From Opitutales bacterium (GTDB lineage: Bacteria; Verrucomicrobiota; Verrucomicrobiia; Opitutales; UBA2987): 64,000 nucleotides of DNA. Each line of letters begins with the position of its first letter. Position 1 is the first letter of the stretch. The notes under the pieces were generated by a model. The model did no database searches and was not told where the DNA came from. It saw nothing but the letters and a program-made list of their open reading frames with translations. Positions 9,707 to 19,195 of the stretch are shown here, piece by piece. The position numbers and the translations under genes were made by a program. Location: assembly GCA_965226205.1 (NCBI GenBank), contig CBDDCJ010000023.1:151901-215900 (forward strand), written 5' to 3'.

Positions 9707-10183
9707 ATGGGTTTACCCACTCAATCCTACCGTTGTCGAATTTCCACTCTGTTTTTGTGGCTGCTGGGGGCTATCCTGATCCTGGATATAGCGCGGATGT
9801 GGATATGGGTGGGCATTGCTCTCGAACAGATTGAACTGTTTCGCAACCTCAACCTGATCACCATGGTCGCCCTTTTCAGTTCCCTCCTCCTGGTTTTGAC
9901 ATTGAGGAGCGAGATCAGTCCGGAAGGAATCACCAGCTACAATTCCCTCGGCGCGACCCTCTTTATTCCCTGGGCGGAAATCAAGAATGCCAGCCGGCAG
10001 AATATACTCGGGTTGGGTTATTTCCGCATTGTCGATCATGATGGGGACTGCATTTACGTGGCCCGGTATCTCTCCCGCCAACGTGAGTTCGAGGCGATTG
10101 TTTCCGCCATCACGGATAAAAACAATCCCCTGCACCGGTGTATCCTCAATATAGACACTGAGGAAGCGCAGGAGACGGAATAA
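9707..10183 (+). CDS. Hypothetical membrane protein, possible bacterial PH-like domain
   Basis: Two hydrophobic N-terminal segments followed by ISPEGI...FIPWAEI, a bPH-like pattern. Confidence 0.55.
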   Translation: MGLPTQSYRCRISTLFLWLLGAILILDIARMWIWVGIALEQIELFRNLNLITMVALFSSLLLVLTLRSEISPEGITSYNSLGATLFIPWAEIKNASRQNILGLGYFRIVDHDGDCIYVARYLSRQREFEAIVSAITDKNNPLHRCILNIDTEEAQETE

Positions 10184-10195
10184 CGACACCGGCCA

Positions 10196-10789
10196 CTATG
10201 CCTTCCCGGCCACGCGGCAGGTCATGGCATGGCAAAGGGCAACCCCGGTGGCATCGGCCTCGTCGTGCGTGAGGGTTTCGGTGAGTCCCAAAAGACTTTT
10301 CACGGTCCTGGCCACCTGGATTTTACTGGCCCGCCCGTAACCTACCACCGCCTGCTTGACGCGTAACGGCGGATACTCGAAAACGGGCAATTTACGCACC
10401 GCGGCCGCTGTGATGGCAGCCCCGCGGGCAGCTCCCATTACCAGGGCAATTTGAACATTCTGCACGTAAATGATCTGCTCGAGAGCGACGTGGTCCACCG
10501 GATACTGTTCCAGGACCTCGCTTACGGCCCGGAAAATTTCGGCCAGGCAATCCGGCATGGAAAGGGCGGGTTTCAGCTTAACGGTGCGACTGAATAAAAG
10601 CCGGGCGGGGCCATCCGCTTCGTTGTTAAGGACAGCCAGCCCGGTTCCGCGCAGGCTCGGGTCGATGCCCAAAATGGTTCCCCGAAAGGGCTTTCGGCTG
10701 ATAAGCGACCCGGCCTCCGGCCCTCGTGACGATGGCAGATTGCCTTTCAATTTGGCCGCCCATTGGGCTCTCATCGATTTTTTTGCCAT
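10196..10789 (-). CDS. ruvC: Holliday junction resolvase RuvC
   Basis: ILGIDPSLRGTG, VALEQ, EYPPLRVKQAVVGYGRASKIQV, HDEADA; basic N-terminal extension. Confidence 0.95.
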   Translation of the reverse strand: MAKKSMRAQWAAKLKGNLPSSRGPEAGSLISRKPFRGTILGIDPSLRGTGLAVLNNEADGPARLLFSRTVKLKPALSMPDCLAEIFRAVSEVLEQYPVDHVALEQIIYVQNVQIALVMGAARGAAITAAAVRKLPVFEYPPLRVKQAVVGYGRASKIQVARTVKSLLGLTETLTHDEADATGVALCHAMTCRVAGKA

Positions 10790-10794
10790 TGCGC

Positions 10795-11574
10795 TTATTT
10801 GAATGCCGCGGAGAAATTAAAGAACAGCTCGAAACCGACTAAGACAATAATAAACCAGATCGCGATTTCGAAGAATTTTTGGTTGATGTAGCTTATGGCA
10901 AAGCGGCCAAAAACGGCCCCCACAGCCGCCACCGGCGCAAAAACCAGGCTCAACCGCACGGTTTCATTCGTAATGATACCCAAATCTATTTGCAGTGGGA
11001 CTTTGCAGATATTCATGAGGATAAAAAACCAGGCGCTGGTCCCGATAAATGCCATTTTGGGCAACCCGATGGCAAGCAGGTAGAGAGCCGCAACCGGTCC
11101 GGCCCCATTGGCCGTCATAGTGGCGAATCCTCCCGCCAATCCCAATAGTGCGACGTAGCAAACGGAGTTAGGCATGCTATCCTGGCGGTTTTCCTTGAGG
11201 AACCGAGCCATTTGCCAACGGCGAAAAAAATGCAACCCGGACATGCCCAGTAGAATGATGCCGATAAGCCGGCGCACGCCATCATTATCGATATTACCGA
11301 GAGAAAAATAACCGATCAATATACCCACCAGCGACCAGGGCAGAAGTTTCAGCAGGGAGGGCCAGTGGACATGCCCCCTGTAAATCGTTATGGCAACCAG
11401 GTCGGTGCAAAACAGCACGATAAGCATAATGCCGATCGATTCCCTGGCCGGAAAAGCAATGGCATACAAGGCAATGGTCAAGTTGCCCATTCCGGGAATG
11501 CCACCCTTGCTCAGACCGATGAGCAAAGCGCCCAACCAGCCGAGAATCCATTGCCAGGGCTCCATTTCAATCAT
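10795..11574 (-). CDS. Sulfite exporter TauE/SafE family membrane protein
   Basis: GLSKGGIPG, AGGFATMTANGAGP, multiple TM helices. Start placed at ATG 11574; the track's 11640 extension overlaps non-coding-looking sequence. Confidence 0.85.
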   Translation of the reverse strand: MIEMEPWQWILGWLGALLIGLSKGGIPGMGNLTIALYAIAFPARESIGIMLIVLFCTDLVAITIYRGHVHWPSLLKLLPWSLVGILIGYFSLGNIDNDGVRRLIGIILLGMSGLHFFRRWQMARFLKENRQDSMPNSVCYVALLGLAGGFATMTANGAGPVAALYLLAIGLPKMAFIGTSAWFFILMNICKVPLQIDLGIITNETVRLSLVFAPVAAVGAVFGRFAISYINQKFFEIAIWFIIVLVGFELFFNFSAAFK

Positions 11575-11691
11575 CGCGGTTCCGCTCAATGCAGGAAGAC
11601 CGGGCCAGCCTATTAATGGCCTTGGGGTATCTCGCGCCAATTGTAAATGCCAGCAAATCCCACAGATGGAGACCTCTTATCCGAATCCGCA

Positions 11692-12855
11692 TTAAATCGA
11701 AATCACCATGGTTCCCTCGAGGCTGGACCTGGACTTGTTGAGTTCCTCCCAAACCTCGATAAAAGCCGCTCCCAAACCATTCCAGGCAGCCGTGGAGGTG
11801 TCCCATCGGCCGCTTACGCGTAGAACGCGCCCGGCCTCCCCCGATTCTACTCCCATGGCCGCAAGCACATGGGATGGCCCTTCTTTACCCGTCGCGCAGG
11901 CCGATCCGGTCGATACCGTAAAACCGCGTTTATCGAGCAAGGCCACCCATCGGGTATTGGCATATTTTGGCATCAACGCGTAAACCGTATTCCATAATCG
12001 CTCGCTTTGACCTCCGATAACCCGTACCCCCGGAATCTCCTGGCAAAGAGTTTCTTCCAAGGCGTGGCGCCGCGCTTTCTGGTCGGAAATGGTCTGCTCC
12101 AGATTTTGGCAAACATGTTTGAGCGCCGCCACCATGGAGTTGATACCGGCTACATTTTCCGTGCCGGCGCGTCGGCCTTTCTCATGGACCCCGCCCAATA
12201 ATGACCTGAATCCAGCCTCCTCCCGCCCAATCAGGATAAAGCCAACAGCCTTGGGCCCGCCGAACTTGTGCGCGCAAGCAGTCAGGTAATCGAAGTCGCC
12301 GAGACCATCCAGAGGCATCTTCCCCAACCACTGGGAGGCGTCTGTATGAAAAGGCGTCCCCTTGCGGCGGCATATTTCGAGGCATTCCCGCCAAGGCTGC
12401 AAAACACCGGTTTCGTTGTTTGCGGCCATCAGGGAGACCAGCGCCACTTTTGGATTTTCCAGCAATTGGGGAAGCGCGGACAGGTCCGTCACTCCCGTGG
12501 GCAGGGCGGGAAGAAAGTTCACCCGGCCGGGAAATGCGGAGCGGGCCGGTTCCAGAACGCTGGGGTGCTCGATAGCGGATACGACAACCCGCGCGTCGCT
12601 CGAATGTTTGGCCGCCAGGTAGTGGAAAATCGCATTATTGCCCTCGGTGGCGCCGGAATTGAAAACAATGGCCTCGGCCGGGCAACCCAGCCGGGCGGCT
12701 AACCACTCACGATCCCGATCTAATAAATTGCGCGCCCTGGCCGCCGACCGATAGGGGCTGGAGGGGTTTTGCCAATGGTTCCGCGAAGCATTCAAAAAGG
12801 CTTTCTCGGCCGCTTTGCTCAACGGCGTGGTGGCGTTATTGTCAAAATAGGGCAT
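11692..12855 (-). CDS. Cysteine desulfurase (NifS/IscS, class V aminotransferase)
   Basis: YFDNNATT, FNSGATEGN, ANNETG, PLP-lysine AHKFGGPK, persulfide loop STGSACATG. Confidence 0.93.
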   Translation of the reverse strand: MPYFDNNATTPLSKAAEKAFLNASRNHWQNPSSPYRSAARARNLLDRDREWLAARLGCPAEAIVFNSGATEGNNAIFHYLAAKHSSDARVVVSAIEHPSVLEPARSAFPGRVNFLPALPTGVTDLSALPQLLENPKVALVSLMAANNETGVLQPWRECLEICRRKGTPFHTDASQWLGKMPLDGLGDFDYLTACAHKFGGPKAVGFILIGREEAGFRSLLGGVHEKGRRAGTENVAGINSMVAALKHVCQNLEQTISDQKARRHALEETLCQEIPGVRVIGGQSERLWNTVYALMPKYANTRWVALLDKRGFTVSTGSACATGKEGPSHVLAAMGVESGEAGRVLRVSGRWDTSTAAWNGLGAAFIEVWEELNKSRSSLEGTMVISI

Positions 12856-12867
12856 GAATTTTTATTG

Positions 12868-13641
12868 TTAAGGTATCCGCAACTCCACTCCAACCCTCAG
12901 ATCGTCTTGATGGCTCAGCTTGTCCCGATTGGCCTCGAAAATGTCCTTCCAACGGCCCGCATTGCCGTAAACCTTGGCGCTTATATTGCTGAGGTTGTCA
13001 CCGGGTTGAATAATATAAGTTGTGGGCCGCGTCTCGGCATTATTAGCCGCCGCCCCCGAGGGCGCCGCGGCGGCCTGTTCATGTTGGCCACGGCCGGCAT
13101 TGGTCTGGGCGGAATCCGGGAGGACATCTTCACTCAAAGTTGGCGATTCTTCCGCTGTGGCGTCGGCCGCGGCCGCCAATTGCTGGCGTAGCTTTCGATT
13201 GTCGAGTTTCAGTTGATTGACAAGCTCCAGCAAGTCGAGCCGGTCGATATCGTTTTCAAAAGGATGGCCGGCCAAGGTGCGGGCAAATTCCTTTTTGCAG
13301 GTATCGATCAACTGGCGGACGAGACCGGCTTGCACCGAATCGGGCCTTATTTCCAGGTATTTTCTAAAATGGTAGGTGGCCGAAATGGGGTCCTTTATAT
13401 GGTTGAGGAATATCCTGCCCGCCTCCAGGTGCGAATCGGCCGCCTCTTCACGCTGCGCAATGACATTTAAAAAAGCGCTCAAAGCCTCGCTGTGGTTACC
13501 TTCGCGCTCATAGCGCTTGCCGCGGAGAAAGGATTTTTCCCGCTCCTCCGAAACCACCTCCACGGAACTGCCGCCGCAACCGGCCGCAAAGATCAACAAG
13601 AAGGTTAAAAAAAAGGCGTGAAACCAAGTGATCATCGACAA
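12868..13641 (-). CDS. Lipoprotein with TPR-like repeats and a C-terminal LysM domain
   Basis: Lipobox-like FAAGC; helical repeats; LysM YIIQPGDNLSNISAKVYG...IFEAN...LRVGVELRIP. Confidence 0.85.
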   Translation of the reverse strand: MSMITWFHAFFLTFLLIFAAGCGGSSVEVVSEEREKSFLRGKRYEREGNHSEALSAFLNVIAQREEAADSHLEAGRIFLNHIKDPISATYHFRKYLEIRPDSVQAGLVRQLIDTCKKEFARTLAGHPFENDIDRLDLLELVNQLKLDNRKLRQQLAAAADATAEESPTLSEDVLPDSAQTNAGRGQHEQAAAAPSGAAANNAETRPTTYIIQPGDNLSNISAKVYGNAGRWKDIFEANRDKLSHQDDLRVGVELRIP

Positions 13642-13726
13642 TACCTATAATTTATATTTAAATGCTAAATTAATAAAACACAATCGTTAAGATGGCAGGC
13701 AATCCAACAATCCGCAATTCCATAGC

Positions 13727-14716
13727 ATGAGTCTAGATGCTGAATCGCTTTTAAATAAAGCAAGAAATTGCCTCGATCTGGAAATTGCGGCCATTCGGGC
13801 CACCAGAGACCACCTGGGCGCAAGTTTTGTGGCCGTCATCGAGGCCATTCACGACACCATTTTGGCTGGCAAGAAGTTGATTTTGACCGGTGTGGGCAAG
13901 AATGCCCCCATTTGCCAGAAGCTGGCCGGAACCTTTTGCAGCACCGGAGTCCCCGCTTGTTTTCTCGATCCCAACCAGGCCCTGCATGGCGATCTGGGGA
14001 TATGCGCGGAAGGCGATCTCGTTTTCATCCTCAGCAACAGCGGGCAGTCCGGGGAAATTTTCTCCCTCTTTCCCATCCTCAAACGGCTGGGCGCGCAAAC
14101 CGTTGCCATGACGGCTCAAGGAGAATCCGATCTGGCGGCCAATTCGGACCTTGTTCTTACCTACCAAGTGGAAAAGGAGGCCTGCCCCCTGAATCTGGCC
14201 CCGACCGCCAGCACCGCCGCAGCTCTGGCTTTGGGAGACGCCCTGGCCATGGTCTATATCGGGGTGCGCGGATTCGGCCGCGAGGATTTTGCCCGTTTCC
14301 ACCCATCCGGGAGCTTGGGCAAGTCTCTCTTGTTGAAAGCCGGTGAAATCATGCGCGCCGGGCAGAGGTTTGCCCACTTGCCCAAAACCGTTCCCGTGAA
14401 TGAGGCCATTGTCGCCATCACCCAGGCCAAATGCGGCACTATCGCACTGACCAATCCCCAAACGGGAATTTTGGAAGGCGTCTTTTCGGACGGCGATCTG
14501 CGTCGCTGCTCGATTGGGGGCAAGGATTTTCTCTACCAGCCGGTGGAAGATTTCATGACCAAAACTCCCAAGACCATTGAGGTGGAAGCCCTCGCCGTCG
14601 ATGTGCTCAAAATCTTTGAAAACTCAAATATAAACGACCTGATTGTGGTCGATGGGCAAGGGAAACCGGTCGGGTTGATCGACGGGCAGGATTTACCGAA
14701 AATGAAAATCGTTTAG
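13727..14716 (+). CDS. kdsD: KpsF/GutQ family arabinose-5-phosphate isomerase (SIS + 2 CBS domains)
   Basis: LTGVGKN, ALHGDLG, SNSG, EACPLNLAPTAST, FARFHPSGSLG, CBS pair. Second Lys of GKS..I..K region conserved; exact paralog (kdsD vs kpsF) not resolvable. Confidence 0.85.
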   Translation: MSLDAESLLNKARNCLDLEIAAIRATRDHLGASFVAVIEAIHDTILAGKKLILTGVGKNAPICQKLAGTFCSTGVPACFLDPNQALHGDLGICAEGDLVFILSNSGQSGEIFSLFPILKRLGAQTVAMTAQGESDLAANSDLVLTYQVEKEACPLNLAPTASTAAALALGDALAMVYIGVRGFGREDFARFHPSGSLGKSLLLKAGEIMRAGQRFAHLPKTVPVNEAIVAITQAKCGTIALTNPQTGILEGVFSDGDLRRCSIGGKDFLYQPVEDFMTKTPKTIEVEALAVDVLKIFENSNINDLIVVDGQGKPVGLIDGQDLPKMKIV

Positions 14717-14739
14717 TTGGACGTGGGGAAAATCTGCTT

Positions 14740-15717
14740 TCAAAATTGGTTTTTATGGCGGATGCGGTCGATGCCCACGGCCAGTATGATGACCATGCCG
14801 ATAATGATTTCCTGCACATGATTTTCCCAACCCATGAGCTGCGTGCCATTCCGCAATGAGGCCATGATGAGAGCCCCGATGACGGACCCCGTTACGCTGC
14901 CCGTGCCCCCGCTGAGGCTGGCCCCCCCGATGACCACGGCGGCAATCACATCCAGTTCCAAACCCACCGCCACGGTGGGCGAGCCTTGCTGCAAGCGCGA
15001 TGCCTGCATCAAACCGGCCAATCCGTAGAGCAGCCCTGCGCTGCTATACATCGCCACCTTGATGAAACGGGTGCGGATGCCGCAGAGCCGGGCGGTCGCC
15101 TCGTTCGACCCGATGGCAAAAATATGCCGCCCGAAAACGGTATAGTTCAGAATTACTGCGAATACCAGAGCCATCAAAAGGGCCAGGAGCACACCCATGG
15201 GGGGCACCCATAGGGGCCAATGGACGGGGTTGTTCATGGCCAGGTTGACGGGGCTGGCTGGGTCGTAGTTGACGGTTTGGTTGCGGGCCGCCCATTTGGC
15301 CGCCCCGCGGGCCACCCCCATCATCCCCAGGGTAACGATGAAGGGATTCATTTTAAAGCCCGCGATAATCACGCCATTTAAAAGCCCAAATATTCCGCCG
15401 CTGAAAACGGATACCAGCACCACAACCGCCAGAGGCAGCTCGGCCTGCACCGCCAAGGCACCGCACACGCAGGTAAAAGCCACCACGGAGCCCACGCTCA
15501 AATCGATCCCGCCGCTGGCGATGATCATCGTCATTCCGAGCGAGGCGATGGCCACGATGACCGTCTGCGTCAGGATGAACTTGAAATTGATCGCCGTTAA
15601 AAATCCCGGCGCCGCCGAAAACAAGAGCAGGACCACGGCCAGCCCAATGAGCGGTCCCAATTTTTGCCAGGCGCCGACTGTCCAGCGCCATTTTGATAAT
15701 GAAAATTTTTCCGCCAT
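14740..15717 (-). CDS. Sugar ABC transporter permease (RbsC-like)
   Basis: GGIDLSVGS, PFIVTLG, FGRHIFAIGSNEATARLCGI, ELDVIAAVVIGGASLSGG. Confidence 0.93.
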   Translation of the reverse strand: MAEKFSLSKWRWTVGAWQKLGPLIGLAVVLLLFSAAPGFLTAINFKFILTQTVIVAIASLGMTMIIASGGIDLSVGSVVAFTCVCGALAVQAELPLAVVVLVSVFSGGIFGLLNGVIIAGFKMNPFIVTLGMMGVARGAAKWAARNQTVNYDPASPVNLAMNNPVHWPLWVPPMGVLLALLMALVFAVILNYTVFGRHIFAIGSNEATARLCGIRTRFIKVAMYSSAGLLYGLAGLMQASRLQQGSPTVAVGLELDVIAAVVIGGASLSGGTGSVTGSVIGALIMASLRNGTQLMGWENHVQEIIIGMVIILAVGIDRIRHKNQF

Positions 15718-15742
15718 AATTGATTCTCCGGCCGTCTACAGG

Positions 15743-17263
15743 TTATGAGGAATCCTGCCCCTGCCCCTGCCCCAAGGTCGATTCCAGCAAGAGTTGCTCA
15801 CTCCAATCCTCAGCCGGACGCAAATCCGCCAGAATTCCCTTTCGCATGACTCCGATGGTGTGGCAGACGCCGAGGAGTTCCGGAAGGTAGGAACTGACGA
15901 AAATAATCGCCTTGCCCTTGGCGGCCAATTCGTTGATGAGCCGGTAAATCTGCTCTTTGCTGCCGATGTCGATCCCGCGCGTCGGCTCATCCAGCAAATA
16001 AATTTCGGCATCGTGATGGAGAAGCCGTCCGAGGGCGATCTTCTGCTGGTTTCCGCCGGACAGTTCGGCTGCCGGCTGGCTAGCGTGGCGGGCTTTCACT
16101 TGTAGCTTTTTCAGCCAAATTCCGGCCGAATGCCGCAACCTCCGGGAATTGATGAAACCGAAGCGGGTGTAGGGCTCATAGCGAGTGGCGCATAAGTTTT
16201 CGGCCAGACTGCGGTTGAGCATGAGGCCCTCATCTTTTCTGTTTTCACTGAGTAAACCGATGCCATTGGCAAGACGAGCCAAGGGAGTGGAGTGGGTTTT
16301 ATCCTTGCCGTGAATCCAGACCACGCCCCCGCCAATGGCGTCGAGGCCGAAAACGGCCCGCAAAGTTTCCGTGCGCCCGGCCCCCACCAGTCCGGCCAAT
16401 CCAAATACCTCGCCCCGGCGAAGTTTAAGGGAAACCTGGCGCGGTTTTTTTACTCCGGCTAATTTATCCAATTCCAAAATGGTTTCACCGGGTGTATTTT
16501 CCGGTTTGGGGAAAATCTCATTGACTTCGCGCCCCACCATGAGGCGGACGATTTGCCTGAATTCGGTGGCCGCCATATCTCCGCCGCCCACCTTTTGTCC
16601 GTCCCGCAATACCGTAAAGCGGTCGGCCACCTCCCGGCATTCCTCCAGAAAATGGCTGATGTAAATGATCCCCACCCCTCTTTCCTTAAGCTTCCGAATG
16701 ACCGCGAACAAAATCTCCACATCGCCGCCGGAAAGACTGCTGGTGGGCTCGTCCATAATCAATAACCGGGTCGAGCCGAGACAGGCGCGGGCAATTTCAA
16801 TGATCTGCCGCTGGGCCAGGGAAAGACGGCGCACCGGTTCGTCCAGGGGCAGGTTTTCGTGATGCAAGGCGGCCAGGGCCTCCCTCGCCCTCCGGCGGCG
16901 CTCCTTGCGGTCCAGCCAACCCCACCGGGACGGCTCGGCCCCCAGGAGCAAGTTTTCCTCCACGCTCAAATGCAGGGCCAGGGTGAGTTCCTGGTAAATG
17001 GTGGAAATGCCCATCCGCCGGGCATGGATCGGACTGCCCGCCACCACCGGTTTCCCATCCAGTTCAAATGAGCCCGAATCCACTGGATATGCGCCGCTGA
17101 GAATATTGACCAAGGTGCTTTTACCGGCCCCGTTTTCTCCGATCAGGGCGTGCACCTCGCCTTCCTGAACCTCCAGATCGACATTCCGCAAGGCCTGGGT
17201 GGCGCCGAAATGCTTGTAAATTCCGTGAACCGAGAGCAGTGGGGTTTTGTTCCGAAAGCGCAA
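15743..17263 (-). CDS. Sugar ABC transporter ATP-binding protein (RbsA-like, two ABC domains)
   Basis: GENGAGKST, LIMDEPT, LSGGNQQK, LLDEPTRGIDIG. Confidence 0.95.
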   Translation of the reverse strand: MRFRNKTPLLSVHGIYKHFGATQALRNVDLEVQEGEVHALIGENGAGKSTLVNILSGAYPVDSGSFELDGKPVVAGSPIHARRMGISTIYQELTLALHLSVEENLLLGAEPSRWGWLDRKERRRRAREALAALHHENLPLDEPVRRLSLAQRQIIEIARACLGSTRLLIMDEPTSSLSGGDVEILFAVIRKLKERGVGIIYISHFLEECREVADRFTVLRDGQKVGGGDMAATEFRQIVRLMVGREVNEIFPKPENTPGETILELDKLAGVKKPRQVSLKLRRGEVFGLAGLVGAGRTETLRAVFGLDAIGGGVVWIHGKDKTHSTPLARLANGIGLLSENRKDEGLMLNRSLAENLCATRYEPYTRFGFINSRRLRHSAGIWLKKLQVKARHASQPAAELSGGNQQKIALGRLLHHDAEIYLLDEPTRGIDIGSKEQIYRLINELAAKGKAIIFVSSYLPELLGVCHTIGVMRKGILADLRPAEDWSEQLLLESTLGQGQGQDSS

Positions 17264-17278
17264 TTTTTGATTACCCCG

Positions 17279-18283
17279 TTATTGCAGGTATTCGTCAAGG
17301 TCGGGAAAGAGCCGCGACTGGATTTCCATCTGCTGGAAATTGTCAATGGTGACAAGGCTCGCCCCGGTATCGAACCTTTTTTGGGTGGTCAAGCCCTCCA
17401 GATGATCGACGATCAGTTTCACCCCCAGATAGCCCATGCGAAAGGGGTCCTGGATAACAATGGCGTGCAAATCACCGGCCAGGAGTGCGTCCACATTTTG
17501 TTTGCCTCCATCGAAACCGATAAACTTCACCTTCGAGGCCCGGCCGATAGAACGCAGGGCCAAAAGCATCCCATTGGTGCCGGATTCGTTGGGCGTAAAA
17601 ATGCCGTCCACCTCGTTCCCGAATCGTTGCAGGAGGTTTTGGGCGGCGGTATAGGCGGTTTCCCGGGTGGGTCCGGCATATTGATTGGAGGAAAGCACCC
17701 GGATAGCGTCAAATTTCGCAATCGCGTCCAAAAAGCCGGCCTCGCGGGCTTCCGTGCTGGCCGATCCCACCATCAGGCGCAGGAGGATAACATTGCCCTT
17801 GCCTTTCAATAGCTCGCCAAGGTGTTCACCGGCCAGGCTGCCCCCATGATAATTGTCGGTCGAGGCAAAGCTCACATAGTCGGAGTAATCGAGACCGGAA
17901 TCGATAATAACGACCGGGATGCCGGCCGCCTGCGCCTTCCGCACCGGCGGGATGAGCGCTTTGCGGTCGAGCGGCGCCAGGACGATGCCGCTGACTTTCT
18001 GACCAATAAAATTTTCCACCACATTGATCTGGGCCGCCCTGTCGTCCTCCAGCAGCGGGCCTTTCCAGATAACTTGCACCTTGGTGCCCAATGCGTTAAA
18101 TTCCCGCTCGGCCTTAACCACCCCGGCATGAATGGACTTCCAGAAAACGTGCGTCGTGCCCTTGGGAATGACGGCAATTTTATGAACCTTTTCGGAATCG
18201 CGCGAACATTGGCAGCCGGACAATGAAGCCAGGGCCAGCACAATGGCAAAAACACTTTTCATTATCCGGGAAAAATTTGGCAT
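17279..18283 (-). CDS. Sugar ABC transporter substrate-binding lipoprotein (RbsB-like)
   Basis: Lipobox LSGC; IAVIPKGTTHVFWK, VVIIDSG, STDNYHGG, IGFD, IQDPFRMGY. Confidence 0.92.
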   Translation of the reverse strand: MPNFSRIMKSVFAIVLALASLSGCQCSRDSEKVHKIAVIPKGTTHVFWKSIHAGVVKAEREFNALGTKVQVIWKGPLLEDDRAAQINVVENFIGQKVSGIVLAPLDRKALIPPVRKAQAAGIPVVIIDSGLDYSDYVSFASTDNYHGGSLAGEHLGELLKGKGNVILLRLMVGSASTEAREAGFLDAIAKFDAIRVLSSNQYAGPTRETAYTAAQNLLQRFGNEVDGIFTPNESGTNGMLLALRSIGRASKVKFIGFDGGKQNVDALLAGDLHAIVIQDPFRMGYLGVKLIVDHLEGLTTQKRFDTGASLVTIDNFQQMEIQSRLFPDLDEYLQ

Positions 18284-18390
18284 AGAAAATCTGCTGGAAT
18301 ATGCTATGGTTGCGCTTTACGGGTCAAGGTTTAAGACGAGGCGGCAGGAAGCAGTCGAAAAATGAAAAAGTGAAGGAAAAAACGGAGGGC

Positions 18391-19155
18391 ATGGATACAT
18401 TCAATGTTTTGGGGGTAGCCGTTAGCAAATTGAACCTGCCATCGGCCCGGGAGAATATCCTGCAGGCTCTCGCCAGGGGGGAAAAAGGCTATGTTTGCGT
18501 GACGGGTGTCCATGGGGTCAGCGAAGCCCAAAATGATGCCGAATTTCGCGCCATATTAAATCGGGCTTTCTTGAACACTCCCGACGGGATGCCTCTGGTC
18601 TGGCTGGGGAAATATCGTGTCGGGCAAAATGTCAGCCGTGTTTATGGACCCGATTTAATGCTCGAAATATGTGCCGCAACGGAGAACAGCCCTTATCGCC
18701 ATTTTTTTTATGGAGGTGGCGCTGGAGTGGCGGAGACCCTTGGTTTAAAATTAAAAGAACATTTTCCCGGTTTGAAAATTGCCGGACATTATACGCCCCC
18801 TTATCGGCCTCTGTCTCAAACCGAAGAAAGCAAACTGGTGGAGCTTGTGGGAGAAAAAAAAACAGCGATCATTTGGGTGGGATTAAGCACTCCGAAACAG
18901 GAAAAATTTATGGCCGCTTATTTGCGCAAACTGGATACCACGCTCATGATTGGAGTCGGCGCGGCTTTCGATTTTCATGCCGGCACGGTTCGGCAAGCCC
19001 CGAAATGGATACAGCGCTCGGGCTTTGAATGGTTATTTCGTCTGTGTCAGGAACCGAAAAGACTTGGCAGAAGATACCTGAAAAACAATCCCTTGTTCCT
19101 CTTTAAGCTCGCCCTTCAAGCAACCGGTCTGAAAAAATTCCCCATCGAGCGTTAA
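18391..19155 (+). CDS. WecB/TagA/CpsF family glycosyltransferase (GT26)
   Basis: PDGMPLVW, RVYGPDLM, WVGLSTPKQE, GVGAAFDF, RQAPKWIQRSGFEWLFRL..EPKRL.RRY. Start placed at ATG 18391. Confidence 0.92.
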   Translation: MDTFNVLGVAVSKLNLPSARENILQALARGEKGYVCVTGVHGVSEAQNDAEFRAILNRAFLNTPDGMPLVWLGKYRVGQNVSRVYGPDLMLEICAATENSPYRHFFYGGGAGVAETLGLKLKEHFPGLKIAGHYTPPYRPLSQTEESKLVELVGEKKTAIIWVGLSTPKQEKFMAAYLRKLDTTLMIGVGAAFDFHAGTVRQAPKWIQRSGFEWLFRLCQEPKRLGRRYLKNNPLFLFKLALQATGLKKFPIER

Positions 19156-19195
19156 TACGAACCTATTTAATTTTATTTGGAGCAACCAACCAACT

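Noticed and set aside
9713-10189. 158-aa antisense ORF exactly overlapping 9707-10183
   Set aside because: The plus-strand ORF has TM segments and a PH-like motif and follows the local gene direction; the antisense ORF has no recognisable features.
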